From assembly GCA_964001285.1 (NCBI GenBank), contig CAXFAF010000006.1, forward strand, positions 8,205 to 72,204: DNA of 64,000 nt, written 5' to 3'. The position numbers and the translations under genes were made by a program. Position 1 is the first letter of the stretch, and every line of letters starts with the position of its first letter. This DNA is from an uncultured bacterium (GTDB lineage: Bacteria > Pseudomonadota > Alphaproteobacteria > MED-G09). This document shows positions 1 to 12,263 of the stretch, piece by piece. The notes beneath the pieces were generated by a model. It ran no database searches, was not told the DNA's origin, and worked only from the letters and a program-made list of their open reading frames with translations.

Positions 1-1181
1 TTGCTACCGGAGGTTATGGCAGGGCATATTTTTCTGCTACTTCTGCTCATACATGTACTGGTGATGGATCAGCGATGGTATTAAGGGCAGGATTACCTTT
101 ACAAGATATGGAGTTTGTCCAATTCCATCCAACAGGTATTTATGGCGCTGGCTGTTTAATTACAGAAGGCTGCAGGGGCGAAGGTGGTTATTTAGTCAAT
201 TCAGAAGGTGAACGTTTTATGGAACGATATGCCCCCAAAACAAAAGATTTAGCTTCACGTGATGTTGTTTCAAGAGCTATGACAATTGAAATTAGAGAAG
301 GAAGAGGGGTAGGAGATGAAAATGATCATATTTATCTTCATTTAGATCATATTGGTTCAGATATTTTAGCGGAAAGACTTCCGGGGATATCTGAATCAGC
401 TAAAATATTTGCAGGTGTAGATGTAACAAGAGAACCTATTCCCGTTTTACCGACAGTGCATTATAACATGGGAGGGATACCAACTAATTACATGGGTGAA
501 GTTTTAAACCCTACAGAAGAAGATGAAGATAATATTGTTTCGGGACTAATGGCTATAGGTGAAGCAGCCTGTGCATCTGTACATGGAGCAAATAGATTAG
601 GATCGAATTCTTTAATCGATCTTGTTGTTTTTGGAAGAGCTTCTGCTTTGAGATGTTCTGAAACTGTATCTCCTGGTAAAATAGCAGAAACATTACCGAA
701 AGATGCTGGATTAAATTCTATAGAAAGGTTGGATAAATTCAGAAATGCTAAAGGAACAACACCAACCTCAGTTTTGAGACTAAATATGCAAAGAACGATG
801 CAAAATAATTGTGCCGTTTTTAGAACTCAAGAAATTTTGGAAGAAGGGCGAGATCTAATATCTAAAGTTTTTAATGATCTTGATGATATTGGAATAAAAG
901 ACCGATCATTGATTTGGAATACCGATCTAATTGAGGCTTTAGAGTTTGACAACATGATAGGGCAAGCAATGGTTACTATGGCTGGAGCTGAACAAAGAAA
1001 GGAAAGCAGAGGAAGTCATGCTAGAGAAGATTTTCCGGATAGGGATGACAATAATTGGATGAAACATACTTTAGCTTGGTTATCTGAATCAGGTGAAATA
1101 AAAATAGGGTATAGAAGCGTTCATGAAAGAACTTTAACAAATGATGTCGCATATATTCCACCAAAAGAGAGGGTTTATTAA
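1..1181 (+). CDS. sdhA: Succinate dehydrogenase flavoprotein subunit SdhA (5'-partial; continues upstream of window)
   Basis: The frame is open from the window edge (codon phase starting at nt 3 reads [22 protein letters not shown], the FAD-binding region). Downstream motifs HPTG, RLGSNSL and a C-terminal domain typical of SdhA/FrdA. The stop overlaps the sdhB ATG. Confidence 0.93.
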   Translation, partial: ATGGYGRAYFSATSAHTCTGDGSAMVLRAGLPLQDMEFVQFHPTGIYGAGCLITEGCRGEGGYLVNSEGERFMERYAPKTKDLASRDVVSRAMTIEIREGRGVGDENDHIYLHLDHIGSDILAERLPGISESAKIFAGVDVTREPIPVLPTVHYNMGGIPTNYMGEVLNPTEEDEDNIVSGLMAIGEAACASVHGANRLGSNSLIDLVVFGRASALRCSETVSPGKIAETLPKDAGLNSIERLDKFRNAKGTTPTSVLRLNMQRTMQNNCAVFRTQEILEEGRDLISKVFNDLDDIGIKDRSLIWNTDLIEALEFDNMIGQAMVTMAGAEQRKESRGSHAREDFPDRDDNNWMKHTLAWLSESGEIKIGYRSVHERTLTNDVAYIPPKERVY

Positions 1182-1958
1182 ATGGCTGAATTAGTTCTAC
1201 CTAAAGATTCAAGAGTAAAAAAGGGTAAAAATTATCCCTTACAATCTGAATCGAAAAATAAAAAATCATTTAAAATCTATAGATGGGATCCTGAAAAAGA
1301 TGAAAATCCAAGATATGATTCTTATGAAATTGATTTAGACAAATGTGGCCCCATGGTTTTAGATGCCCTTATTAAGATAAAGGATGAAGTGGATTCTAGT
1401 CTTACATTTAGAAGGTCATGTCGAGAAGGCATTTGTGGTTCATGCGCGATGAACATTGATGGCATTAATACTCTTGCTTGTACAATGGCAATTGAAGATA
1501 CTAAATCAACAGCTGGAATTAATCCATTACCACATCAACCTGTCGTTAAAGATTTAGTACCGGATTTAACAAATTTTTATAATCAACACAAAAAAATTGA
1601 ACCTTGGTTACAAACAAAAGAAAAATCTTCAGAAAAAGAATTTTCTCAATCTAAAGAAGATAGAGAAAAAATTGATGGGTTGTATGAGTGTATCATGTGT
1701 GCGTGTTGTTCAACTTCGTGCCCCAGCTATTGGTGGAGTTCTGATAAATATCTTGGACCAGCATCATTACTTCAAGCTTATAGATGGATAAGTGATAGTC
1801 GAGATGAAGAAAAAGAAAAAAGATTAGATCAGCTTGATGATGAGTTTAAAGTGTATAGTTGTAGAACAATTATGAATTGCTCAAAGGCATGTCCAAAGGG
1901 TTTATCGCCTGCAAAAGCAATTGCAGGAATAAAAAAAGAATTGGCCAGTAGAAAATAA
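1182..1958 (+). CDS. sdhB: Succinate dehydrogenase iron-sulfur subunit
   Basis: Three Fe-S cysteine clusters: [11 protein letters not shown] (2Fe-2S), [12 protein letters not shown] (4Fe-4S) and [12 protein letters not shown] (3Fe-4S). Lies directly after sdhA with a TAA/ATG junction. Confidence 0.95.
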   Translation: MAELVLPKDSRVKKGKNYPLQSESKNKKSFKIYRWDPEKDENPRYDSYEIDLDKCGPMVLDALIKIKDEVDSSLTFRRSCREGICGSCAMNIDGINTLACTMAIEDTKSTAGINPLPHQPVVKDLVPDLTNFYNQHKKIEPWLQTKEKSSEKEFSQSKEDREKIDGLYECIMCACCSTSCPSYWWSSDKYLGPASLLQAYRWISDSRDEEKEKRLDQLDDEFKVYSCRTIMNCSKACPKGLSPAKAIAGIKKELASRK

Positions 1959-1985
1959 TTATATTAACTGTCTTTAGAGGAAACT

Positions 1986-3071
1986 ATGAAGACTGTTTTA
2001 TCATTATATAAAGAATATCTCGATAAAGAATTAATTCGTTTTGATGAAAAACAAAATTCTATTTTAATAAAATTAAGTAAGATAATTCCTTTTAACTACG
2101 GAATATTATCAAATTTAAGGAACTTGTTTTTAGGTAAAGAAATTACCCATAAAGGTATTTATTTGTGGGGTAAGGCGGGGTCAGGAAAAACAATGATTAT
2201 GGATTTATGTTTTTTTGCTTCTAATCAAAAGAAAAAAAGAAGAATTCATTTTCAAGAATTTATGATTGATATTCATAATAGGCTTCATGAAAAGCGTAAA
2301 AACAATGATTTAAAAGACCCTTTATCTCTTGTAGCAAAAGAGATTTCTGAGGAAATTGATTTTTTATGTTTTGATGAGTTTCAAGTCAATGATATTGCTG
2401 ATGCAGCAATATTAGCAAAATTATATAATTTATTATTTGAAAATGGGACATTTATTTTTTCTACCTCGAATATCGTTCCAAATGAACTATACAAGGATGG
2501 ATTACAAAGAGAAAGATTCATTCCATTTGTTAAACTGATTGAAGACAAATGTTTAAATTTACATTTATCTACTGAGGAAGATTACAGGAAAAATAAGCTA
2601 CAAAATGTTAATACATATTTTTCTCAACTTAATTTAGCTACAGAAAAAGAAATAAATAAAATTTTTAAAAAATTAACGGGTAATGCAGAATTAAAAACAA
2701 GGAAAATTATAGTCAAAGGAAGAGAAATTTCAGTCGAGAATCATGCAATGGGGTGTGCAAAATTTAATTTTGATGAATTATGTTCAGTACCTCTAGGCCC
2801 AGAAGATTTTTTAACTATTGCTAGAGAATTTGATATTATTTTTATAAATAATATACCTAAGATTTCATCAGATAAAAGAAATGAAGTTAAGAGATTTATT
2901 TCATTAATTGATGCATTATATGATAATCATAAGATGACAATTATTTCAGCTGATGGAGAGCCAGAAGATTTATATTCCGGAAAAGAATTAGACATTGAAT
3001 TTAAAAGGTGTATCTCAAGGTTGCATGAAATGAGGTCTAAAGATTATGTAGATTCTTCAAGAATCGATTGA
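1986..3071 (+). CDS. zapE: AFG1-like ATPase (ZapE family)
   Basis: Walker A motif GKAGSGKT and Walker B motif LCFDEF. An AFG1/ZapE gene between sdhB and mdh is a conserved alphaproteobacterial arrangement. Confidence 0.85.
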   Translation: MKTVLSLYKEYLDKELIRFDEKQNSILIKLSKIIPFNYGILSNLRNLFLGKEITHKGIYLWGKAGSGKTMIMDLCFFASNQKKKRRIHFQEFMIDIHNRLHEKRKNNDLKDPLSLVAKEISEEIDFLCFDEFQVNDIADAAILAKLYNLLFENGTFIFSTSNIVPNELYKDGLQRERFIPFVKLIEDKCLNLHLSTEEDYRKNKLQNVNTYFSQLNLATEKEINKIFKKLTGNAELKTRKIIVKGREISVENHAMGCAKFNFDELCSVPLGPEDFLTIAREFDIIFINNIPKISSDKRNEVKRFISLIDALYDNHKMTIISADGEPEDLYSGKELDIEFKRCISRLHEMRSKDYVDSSRID

Positions 3072-3104
3072 TATTTTTAAAAAAGGATAGTTAATACATT
3101 ATAG

Positions 3105-4112
<1,008 letters not shown>

Positions 4113-4134
4113 ATTACTTCAAATAGGGCAATAA

Positions 4135-5292
4135 ATGAATATTCATGAATATCAAGCTAAAGAGCTATTAAAAAATTTTGGTGTTCCCGTCGCTAAAGGA
4201 GAGGTTCTTTATTCAAAAGAAAATGTCATTGAGGCAGCAAAGAAAGTTTCAGATAGTTTATGGGTGGTTAAAGCACAAATTCATGCAGGAGGAAGAGGTA
4301 AGGGCGGTGGAGTCAAGATAACAAAGTCTCTTGAAGAGGTTGAAGTTTTAGTTAATGAAATAATGGGGATGCAACTTATCACTCATCAAACTGGTCCTGA
4401 AGGAAAAAAAGTCAGAAGGGTATATATTGAGGAAGGTTCAAATATTGCTGAAGAGCTGTATCTATCTATTTTAGTAGATAGAAAAACATCCCAAGTTAGT
4501 TTTATTGTTTCAACAGAAGGAGGAGTAAATATTGAAGAAGTAGCCGAAGAAACTCCCGATAAGATTACTACTGTTGCAATAGATCCTGATGATGGCGTTA
4601 CTGAAGAGGATATAAATACTCTTTGCACCTCTCTTTGTTTATCAGATAATTTGAAAGAGCAAGGCTCTAATCTTTTCAGAAATTTGTATGAAGCATTTAC
4701 CAAAAGCGATATGAGCCTTTTAGAAATAAATCCATTAGTTTTAACAAAAGAAAACCAACTATTATGTTTAGATGCAAAAGTAAATTTTGATGATAATGCT
4801 TTATTTAGACATACTGAATTTCAAAACCTTATAGATCCTTCTGAAGAAGACGAATCTGAATTGAAGGCTACAGAATTTGGTTTAAGTTATATTAAATTAG
4901 ATGGAAATATTGGATGTCTAGTCAATGGAGCTGGTCTAGCTATGGCCACTATGGATATCATAAAATTGTATGGAGCTGAGCCCGCCAATTTTTTAGATGT
5001 AGGTGGTTCTGCAACTAAAGAACTTGTTACAGAGGCTTTTAAAATAATTTTATCCGATGAAAATGTTGAGGGCATTCTTGTAAATATTTTTGGAGGTATA
5101 ATGAGGTGCGATGTTGTTGCTGAAGGAATAATAGGAGCAGCAAAAGAAGTAAACATATCTGTTCCCTTAGTTGTTAGACTTGAAGGAACTAATGTAGACT
5201 TAGGAAAGAAAATTATAGAAGATTCTGATATTTCTATAATAAGCGCGTCTGACCTTGATGATGCAGCTAAGAAAATAACAGAGGCAATATAG
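4135..5292 (+). CDS. sucC: Succinyl-CoA ligase (ADP-forming) beta subunit
   Basis: [12 protein letters not shown] start, ATP-grasp domain and a C-terminal CoA-ligase domain ([18 protein letters not shown]). Confidence 0.95.
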   Translation: MNIHEYQAKELLKNFGVPVAKGEVLYSKENVIEAAKKVSDSLWVVKAQIHAGGRGKGGGVKITKSLEEVEVLVNEIMGMQLITHQTGPEGKKVRRVYIEEGSNIAEELYLSILVDRKTSQVSFIVSTEGGVNIEEVAEETPDKITTVAIDPDDGVTEEDINTLCTSLCLSDNLKEQGSNLFRNLYEAFTKSDMSLLEINPLVLTKENQLLCLDAKVNFDDNALFRHTEFQNLIDPSEEDESELKATEFGLSYIKLDGNIGCLVNGAGLAMATMDIIKLYGAEPANFLDVGGSATKELVTEAFKIILSDENVEGILVNIFGGIMRCDVVAEGIIGAAKEVNISVPLVVRLEGTNVDLGKKIIEDSDISIISASDLDDAAKKITEAI

Positions 5293-5301
5293 GTAAGGAT
5301 T

Positions 5302-6177
5302 ATGTCGGTTCTAATAGATAAAAATACTAAATTAATTTGCCAAGGTATAACTGGTGCCCAAGGTACTTTTCATACCCAGCAAGCAATTGAGTATGGCACT
5401 CTGGTTGTTGGTGGAGTAAAGCCTGGAGCTGGAGGAACAAGTCATCTAGATTTGCCTGTTTTCGATAATGTTAGTGATGCTATTAAAGAAACTGGCGCTA
5501 ATGCATCAGTTATATATGTACCTCCACCTTTTGCAGGTTCAGCAATTTTAGAGGCTGTTGAAGCCGAAATTGATCTAGTTGTATGTATTACTGAAGGTAT
5601 TCCAGTGGTAGATATGGTAAAAGTGAAGAAGGCCTTGTCTAAATCCGAATCTCGATTAATAGGGCCAAATTGTCCGGGTATTATTACTCCTGGTCAATGT
5701 AAAATTGGTATTATGCCGGGCCATATTCATAAGAAAGGTTCTGTAGGTATAGTTTCTCGTTCAGGGACTTTAACCTATGAAGCTGTTGGTCAAACTACAG
5801 CTTGTGGACTTGGTCAATCGACTTGCATTGGAATAGGTGGCGATCCAGTAAACGGAACAAACTTTATTGACTGTTTAGATTTGTTCCTTAAAGACGACAC
5901 CACTGAATCAATTATTATGATTGGTGAGATCGGCGGTACAGCGGAAGAAGAGGCTGCAGAATTTATTAAGAAATGTAAAATAAAAAAACCGATTGTTGGC
6001 TTTATTGCTGGTTTAACTGCTCCTCCAGGTAGAAGAATGGGTCATGCAGGTGCTATTATTTCTGGAGGAAAGGGTGGAGCTAATGATAAGATAGAAGCGT
6101 TGAAAGACGCAGGAGTTGTAATATCAAAATCTCCTGCAGGATTAGGGGAAACTTTATTAGAGGTTTTAGGAAGATAA
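5302..6177 (+). CDS. sucD: Succinyl-CoA ligase alpha subunit
   Basis: CoA-binding N-terminus ([14 protein letters not shown]), catalytic-His region ([10 protein letters not shown]) and an MGHAGAI motif. Confidence 0.95.
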   Translation: MSVLIDKNTKLICQGITGAQGTFHTQQAIEYGTLVVGGVKPGAGGTSHLDLPVFDNVSDAIKETGANASVIYVPPPFAGSAILEAVEAEIDLVVCITEGIPVVDMVKVKKALSKSESRLIGPNCPGIITPGQCKIGIMPGHIHKKGSVGIVSRSGTLTYEAVGQTTACGLGQSTCIGIGGDPVNGTNFIDCLDLFLKDDTTESIIMIGEIGGTAEEEAAEFIKKCKIKKPIVGFIAGLTAPPGRRMGHAGAIISGGKGGANDKIEALKDAGVVISKSPAGLGETLLEVLGR

Positions 6178-7581
6178 ATGTCAGATAATTATGATGTTGC
6201 AGTAATAGGATCAGGCCCTGGCGGGTATGTATGTGCTATTCGTGCAGCACAATTGGGATTAAGTGTTGTTTGTATTGATAAGAGAGGAAGTCATGGTGGA
6301 ACTTGCCTAAATGTTGGATGCATTCCTTCAAAAGCATTACTGCATGCTTCAGAATTATTCATTGAAAAAAATAAGTTTTCATCGATGGGAATAGAAACAG
6401 ATAATGTTTCATTAAATTTAGAGACCATGATGAAATATAAAGATGATGGAGTTCAAGGAAATGTTAAAGGTATAGATTTCCTATTTAAAAAAAACAAAAT
6501 AGAAAATTTTTATGGTGAAGCAAAAATAATATCTCCAAATAAATTAGCTATAAAATCTAATGATGGGGAAGATAAAGAAATTGAATGTAAAAATATTGTT
6601 ATTGCTACAGGATCAGTTTCTTCATCTTTACCAGGTATTGAAATTAGTGGAGAAAAAATTATCTCTTCCACAGAAGCACTTTCCTTAAATGCTGTGCCGA
6701 ATAAACTAGTTGTTGTTGGCGGGGGGTATATTGGACTAGAACTTGGCTCTGTTTGGAGTCGACTAGGATCAGATGTTTCAGTGATAGAATATTTAGATAG
6801 AATAACTCCTGGGATGGATTCAGAAATTTCTGCAAATCTTGAAAAGATCTTAACTAAACAGGGTTTAAAGTTTTCTTTAAATTCTGAAGTAACCACAATT
6901 GATGAGAATAATTCAGGTGCAGTAGTTACTATTAAGAACAGAGAAAATAGTGATGAACAAAATATTGAAGCGGATATAGTCCTAGTTTCTACGGGACGTA
7001 AACCTTATATAGAAAATCTGTTTGGGGATGGTGTTAATTTAGACCTTACAGAGACAGGTTTTATTAAAACCGATACTCATTTAAGAACTAGTTTAGATGG
7101 AGTATGGGCTATAGGAGATGTTGTAGAAGGCCCAATGCTTGCTCATAAAGCTGAAGAAGAAGGAATAGCTGTGGCTGAGTTGATAGCTGGAAAACCAGGG
7201 CATGTAAATTACGACATTATTCCTAGTGTCATTTATACTAGCCCTGAAGTAGCTTCAGTTGGAATGACTGAAGAACAACTAAAAGAGAATTCAATTAAAT
7301 ATTCTGTTGGAAAGTTTCCTTTTCTAGCTAATGGTAGAGCAAAAGTTAATAATACTACTGAAGGATTTGTCAAAATATTATCGTCTTCTGAAACCGATCA
7401 AATACTGGGAGTGCACATTATTGGTGATCAGGCAGGAAATATGATTGGTGAAGCCTCTGTTGCTATGGAATTTGAGGCTACCTCAGAGGATTTAGCAAGA
7501 ATTTGTCATGCTCACCCAACTCTTTCTGAGGCTATAAAAGAAGCCGCTTTATCTGTTGATGGTAGAGCTCTTCATATGTAA
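6178..7581 (+). CDS. lpdA: Dihydrolipoyl dehydrogenase (E3)
   Basis: FAD motif GSGPGGY, redox-active disulfide GGTCLNVGCIPSK, NAD motif VVGGGYIGLELG and a C-terminal dimerisation HAHPTLSEA. Its ATG abuts the sucD stop. Confidence 0.95.
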   Translation: MSDNYDVAVIGSGPGGYVCAIRAAQLGLSVVCIDKRGSHGGTCLNVGCIPSKALLHASELFIEKNKFSSMGIETDNVSLNLETMMKYKDDGVQGNVKGIDFLFKKNKIENFYGEAKIISPNKLAIKSNDGEDKEIECKNIVIATGSVSSSLPGIEISGEKIISSTEALSLNAVPNKLVVVGGGYIGLELGSVWSRLGSDVSVIEYLDRITPGMDSEISANLEKILTKQGLKFSLNSEVTTIDENNSGAVVTIKNRENSDEQNIEADIVLVSTGRKPYIENLFGDGVNLDLTETGFIKTDTHLRTSLDGVWAIGDVVEGPMLAHKAEEEGIAVAELIAGKPGHVNYDIIPSVIYTSPEVASVGMTEEQLKENSIKYSVGKFPFLANGRAKVNNTTEGFVKILSSSETDQILGVHIIGDQAGNMIGEASVAMEFEATSEDLARICHAHPTLSEAIKEAALSVDGRALHM

Positions 7582-7584
7582 TTT

Positions 7585-8889
7585 CTAATTTAGTATTTTA
7601 TCGTATTCTCTTTTCAAGAAATCATCATCTAATTTTGTGTATATTTGCGTAGTATCTATAGAGCTATGGCCAAGTAGTTTCTGAATTTTTCTAATGTTAA
7701 TACCATTCTGAAGAAGGTGGGATGCAAAACTATGTCTTAGGGAGTGAGGTGTAGCCTCTGAAGGAAGAGGGCCAGGATAAATTTCAATAAGTTTTTTCAT
7801 GCTTCTTTGAATGTCTCTTGTAGTTAAACTATCTTTTTTATTTGAAGAGATTTTTAAAAAGAGAGGATCATTATTATTTATATCTATTGTTTCTAAAGAT
7901 TTAAGATTTGATATGTACAAATTTATTTTTTGTTTAACTATTGGAAGAATAGGAATATATCTTTCTTTATTCCCTTTTCCAATTATTTTAATTTGATCTT
8001 CAAAAGGAAGATCTGAGAATGTAAATTGCAAAACTTCTGAAACTCTTAATCCAGTAGAATAGATAAAATATAGAACTGCTATATCTCTGCGATGCTGCCA
8101 AGAAGACCATTCTCTTAAGTTTGTGTTCTTGACATCTGGATCTATATATTTAAGGAAATCAATTAACTCCTCCTCCTTAAAGGTTTTGTTTGAAATTCTT
8201 GATTCATATTTACTTGTTATAATCTTTGTGAATGAATGATTTTTCCACTTATTTTTTTCGCTAAGATATTTGAAATAATTTCTTAACACTGACTGACAAC
8301 GAGCAAGACTTCTATTGCTTTTCTCTTTTTCTTTATATTTATTAACACAACCATTTTTGCTTAAAATTTCAATCTTCTTAGAAATATCTCCAAAATTGTT
8401 ATAAATTTCTTTACCTGAAATAATTTCACCCTTAAAAAAATTATCAAGATTATTAATTAAATCTATATTTTCTCTTTTTTTGAAGAAGTCTTTGTGGCCA
8501 GTAAGTAAGTTTGATGGTTTAGTTGTTTCAAAATAATAATAACCGTTTAACATTTCATCTTTTAGATTTTCGAAATTATTTGTTCTTCCAAGATAAAAAC
8601 TTTGATAAGAAAGGAAATCAATATCCTTAAAATGCTTAAGACTATTTAATGAAGGAGATTTTGCTAAGTAAATTTTACAAAATTTTAGGAAATGTGAAAT
8701 TGTTCTTGCATATTCATTTATAGTAAGCTGACTTCTATCCTTTGAAATTAAACTTCTAATATAATCCTTTGAAATTTTTTCAAGGTCTTTTTTTGCATAT
8801 GTAAAATTTGATGTTTTTGGAAAATGAAGTTTTTTAACCGCTTCTTGCATACTATAAGATTTTTTGGCCACTGTTTTCCCAATCATCAA
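7585..8889 (-). CDS. Tyrosine recombinase, XerC/XerD-like, with an extended N-terminus and an internal insertion
   Basis: The C-terminal catalytic domain carries the full R..K..HxxR..H..Y set ([40 protein letters not shown]). The N-terminal core-binding-like segment reads [15 protein letters not shown]. At 434 aa it is far longer than a typical Xer (~300 aa). An alternative start at 8850 would remove the 38-nt overlap with tal. Confidence 0.8.
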   Translation of the reverse strand: MMIGKTVAKKSYSMQEAVKKLHFPKTSNFTYAKKDLEKISKDYIRSLISKDRSQLTINEYARTISHFLKFCKIYLAKSPSLNSLKHFKDIDFLSYQSFYLGRTNNFENLKDEMLNGYYYFETTKPSNLLTGHKDFFKKRENIDLINNLDNFFKGEIISGKEIYNNFGDISKKIEILSKNGCVNKYKEKEKSNRSLARCQSVLRNYFKYLSEKNKWKNHSFTKIITSKYESRISNKTFKEEELIDFLKYIDPDVKNTNLREWSSWQHRRDIAVLYFIYSTGLRVSEVLQFTFSDLPFEDQIKIIGKGNKERYIPILPIVKQKINLYISNLKSLETIDINNNDPLFLKISSNKKDSLTTRDIQRSMKKLIEIYPGPLPSEATPHSLRHSFASHLLQNGINIRKIQKLLGHSSIDTTQIYTKLDDDFLKREYDKILN

Positions 8890-9508
8890 GAAAAGCTTTT
8901 AAGCCTTTATCTGTTAATGGGTGAATTGCTAATTCAGATACTACTTGAGGTGGAAGAGTCGCTATATCTGCGCCATATAAAGCTGCTTTTTTAACATGAT
9001 CAATATTACGAATTGATGCGGCAAGTATCTCTGTTTTAAAATTAGGATAATTGTCATAGATAATTTTAATATCTCTAATTAAATCCATTCCATCTTCGCC
9101 AATATCATCTAGTCTTCCAATAAATGGCGAAATAAATGATGCACCTGCCTTTGCAGCAAGAACAGCCTGTTGGGATGAAAAACATAAAGTAACATTAACC
9201 ATAATATTCTTATCTGATAGTGCTTTGCAAGCTTCTAAGCCATCCCATGTTAAGGGTACTTTGATTGCAACATTACGCGCTAATTTACTTAAGACTAGAC
9301 CTTCTTCAATCATGCCATCTGCGTTTGTTGATGTTACTTCTGCGCTTACAGGACCATCCGTTAATGAACAAATTTCTTTTATTACCTCTTTAAAATCCCT
9401 TCCCGATTTTGCTATTATAGACGGATTTGTTGTTACCCCATCAACCATACCTGATTTTGAAAATTCTTTTATTGCATTTATGTCAGCACTATCTATAAAA
9501 AATTTCAT
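8852..9508 (-). CDS. tal: Transaldolase / fructose-6-phosphate aldolase family (short type 3B)
   Basis: 218 aa, with [15 protein letters not shown]...GVTTNPSI and a catalytic-lysine region matching short Tal/FSA enzymes. Confidence 0.88.
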   Translation of the reverse strand: MKFFIDSADINAIKEFSKSGMVDGVTTNPSIIAKSGRDFKEVIKEICSLTDGPVSAEVTSTNADGMIEEGLVLSKLARNVAIKVPLTWDGLEACKALSDKNIMVNVTLCFSSQQAVLAAKAGASFISPFIGRLDDIGEDGMDLIRDIKIIYDNYPNFKTEILAASIRNIDHVKKAALYGADIATLPPQVVSELAIHPLTDKGLKAFLDDWENSGQKIL

Positions 9509-9587
9509 TTCCTAACCTATATATTTTCTTTCCATATTTTCTTATTAATACAATATAATCTTATGAAATAATACTAATGATTTTAAA

Positions 9588-11555
9588 ATGAAAAAAGTTT
9601 CAGTACTTCTCCCAACAAACACAAATCAAACATATGATTACTTAGTGCCAAAAGAAAAAGAAATAGATATAGGGTCCTTTGTTTCAGTGTCTTTTAGAAA
9701 TAAACAAATGAACGGCATTGTTTGGTTTGACAGTGGAGACAAGGTTGATAAAGCAAAACTTAAAAATATTTTAGAAGTATATTCTGGCATTAAATTAAAG
9801 AAAAATTATATTAAATTCTTAGATTTTTATCAGAAATATAATCTTATCCCTCTTGGTAAAATATTACGATTAATTCTACCTAAAGATAAAATTTTAGAAT
9901 CAGTAGAAACTTCAAAAAAGGAAAAAGCCAAAAATAATTTATCAAGTAAAACAATTCTTTCTTTAACCAAAGCGCAAAAAGACGCATCAAAAAAATTAAT
10001 TAATTCTGTTTCTGAAGAAAGTTTTGAAAGATTCTTAATAGATGGTGTGACGGGTTCTGGGAAAACTGAGATTTATTTTGAGGCTATCAATCAAGTCCTT
10101 ATACAAGGCAATCAAAGTCTTATATTACTTCCCGAAATAGCTCTTGTGGATTCTTTAGAAGAAAGAATTTTAGAAAGATTTGGATTTGAACCTGCGGTTT
10201 GGCACTCAGAAACAAAGATTTCTAAAAAAAGGAAGATTTGGAGTGATGTGTATACTGGAAAAACGAAATTAGTTATTGGCGCCAGATCGTCCCTCTTTTT
10301 ACCTTTTAAAAATCTAAATTTAATAGTTATTGATGAAGAACATGATTCTACTTTTAAACAGCAAGAACAAGTTATTTATAATGCTAGGGATATGGCGATA
10401 GCGAGAGCTTCTCATGAAAAATCAACTATTGTTATGGTTTCAGCAACGCCTTCATTAGAATCTTTATTTAATGTACGAGAAAAGAAATATAATCATTTAA
10501 AATTACCTGACAGAATTGGTTCTGCAGGTTTACCAATTATAAATGTTGTTGATATGCGAAAGGAAAATATAGAAAAGGACTCATGGATTTCTGCAACATT
10601 AAAATCAGCAATTACTGAAACATTAAATAATAATGAGCAAGTCCTTTTGTTTTTAAATAGAAGAGGGTATGCACCATTAACAATTTGTAAGAGTTGTGGG
10701 CATAAAATTGAATGTAAAAAATGTGATGCCTATTTAGTCCATCATAAATCACGAAATAAAATTATATGTCATCAATGTGGATTTACCGATAAATTTATGA
10801 AGTCTTGCCCTTCATGTAATATTGAAGATTCTTTTTTACAATATGGTCCAGGGATAGAAAGGATAACGGAAGAGGTTGTAAAATTATTTCCCAAAAAAAG
10901 TGTTTCATCCATTTCTTCTGATAATGCTAAAAATGTTATTGATATTCTAGATTCATTAGAAAAAGGCAGTACAGATATTGTTATTGGAACCCAAATAATA
11001 TCAAAGGGGTATCATTTACCAAATTTAACTCTTGTTGGTGTTATTGATGCAGATTTAGGACTTGCTAGTAGTGACTTGAGGGCTTCTGAACATACTTTTC
11101 AATTATTGCAACAAGTTTCCGGGAGATCTGGAAGAGAAGAAAAACAAGGAAGAGCTTTGATACAAACTTATTATCCAGATCATCCGGTTATTAAATCATT
11201 AACAAATTCAAATAGAGAAGAATTCGTTAATGCTGAACTTTCTTCCAGAAAAAGATTAGAATTACCCCCATATGGAAGATTAGCAAATATTACACTTTCC
11301 GATACAAAAGAAGAAAGGCTCATTAATTTTTGTAAGAAACTTTCAACACTTATTCCTAAATCAAAAAGATTAATTGTTTTTGGTCCTGCGCCTGCGCCGA
11401 TAACAAAAATTAGAAACAGATATCGTTACAAATTTCTTTTAAAGACCGATAAAAATGTGAACATACAAGAATTTATTAAACAATGGTTATCAAAAGCAAA
11501 AAAACCAAACACCACTCGTATTTTGATAGATGTTGATCCATATAATTTTTTATAA
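9588..11555 (+). CDS. priA: Primosomal protein N' (replication restart helicase PriA)
   Basis: Walker A GVTGSGKTEIY, a DEEHD box, a Cys-rich zinc-binding module (CKSCGH...CKKCD...CHQCG...CPSC) and C-terminal helicase motifs. Confidence 0.93.
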   Translation: MKKVSVLLPTNTNQTYDYLVPKEKEIDIGSFVSVSFRNKQMNGIVWFDSGDKVDKAKLKNILEVYSGIKLKKNYIKFLDFYQKYNLIPLGKILRLILPKDKILESVETSKKEKAKNNLSSKTILSLTKAQKDASKKLINSVSEESFERFLIDGVTGSGKTEIYFEAINQVLIQGNQSLILLPEIALVDSLEERILERFGFEPAVWHSETKISKKRKIWSDVYTGKTKLVIGARSSLFLPFKNLNLIVIDEEHDSTFKQQEQVIYNARDMAIARASHEKSTIVMVSATPSLESLFNVREKKYNHLKLPDRIGSAGLPIINVVDMRKENIEKDSWISATLKSAITETLNNNEQVLLFLNRRGYAPLTICKSCGHKIECKKCDAYLVHHKSRNKIICHQCGFTDKFMKSCPSCNIEDSFLQYGPGIERITEEVVKLFPKKSVSSISSDNAKNVIDILDSLEKGSTDIVIGTQIISKGYHLPNLTLVGVIDADLGLASSDLRASEHTFQLLQQVSGRSGREEKQGRALIQTYYPDHPVIKSLTNSNREEFVNAELSSRKRLELPPYGRLANITLSDTKEERLINFCKKLSTLIPKSKRLIVFGPAPAPITKIRNRYRYKFLLKTDKNVNIQEFIKQWLSKAKKPNTTRILIDVDPYNFL

Positions 11556-11691
11556 AGAATCTGCTTTCAGATATTGCATGCAAGGTACGCTTATGTTACG
11601 AGAAATATATAATTTTTTTTAAAATTGTCTTGGAGTTTTGTAATAATAATCTCTTTTTAAATCAATTACTTAGATATTTGGAATTTCATTC

Positions 11692-12261
11692 ATGAGTCAA
11701 TCAAATCAAGATCATACAACAGGAATATCAGGAAGGTATGCTTTTGCATTATTTGAATTAATTCAGGAAGAAAACGGCTCTAAAGAATTAGACAAAATAA
11801 ACAATGAACTTTCTGTTATTGGAGATGCAATTTCTCAAAGTGAAGATATGTTAAAAATTATAAGAAGCCCTATATATAATGCTGAAGAGCAATTCTCAGC
11901 AATGAAAGCGGTCTTAGAAATTTTAAATATTTCAGATGTATTATCAAATTTTATTGGAGTGCTTTGTTACAATAGAAGATTATTCGTACTACCGGATGTC
12001 ATTATTTCCTTTAAGGAATATTTAAACCAATTAAAGGGTAAAATGACTGCAAAAGTTGTTTCAAGTTCAGAGTTGACTAAAGATCAAATAAAGAAAATTG
12101 AAAATACATTATCAGACAGTTTTTCAAAAAAAATTGATATAGATATAGAAATAGATGAGAAGATTTTAGGCGGACTTGTTGTTAAAATAGGAAGTAAAAT
12201 GATAGACACATCTTTACTTACTCGTCTAAAATTAATGCAATCAAATATGAATGAGGTTTAG
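11692..12261 (+). CDS. atpH: F1 ATP synthase delta (OSCP) subunit
   Basis: 189 aa with an N-terminal [10 protein letters not shown] signature. It is the first gene of the atpHAGDC cluster and follows a 136-bp spacer. Confidence 0.9.
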   Translation: MSQSNQDHTTGISGRYAFALFELIQEENGSKELDKINNELSVIGDAISQSEDMLKIIRSPIYNAEEQFSAMKAVLEILNISDVLSNFIGVLCYNRRLFVLPDVIISFKEYLNQLKGKMTAKVVSSSELTKDQIKKIENTLSDSFSKKIDIDIEIDEKILGGLVVKIGSKMIDTSLLTRLKLMQSNMNEV

Positions 12262-12263
12262 CT

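Noticed and set aside
1597-1791. 64-aa ORF in an alternate frame inside sdhB
   Set aside because: It lies fully within a confidently identified CDS, is lysine/asparagine-rich low-complexity sequence, and has no independent signal.
11571-11585. 10-bp perfect palindrome TTGCATGCAA after priA, a possible terminator
   Set aside because: The stem is short and AT-rich with no adjoining T-run. It cannot be distinguished from chance in this composition.
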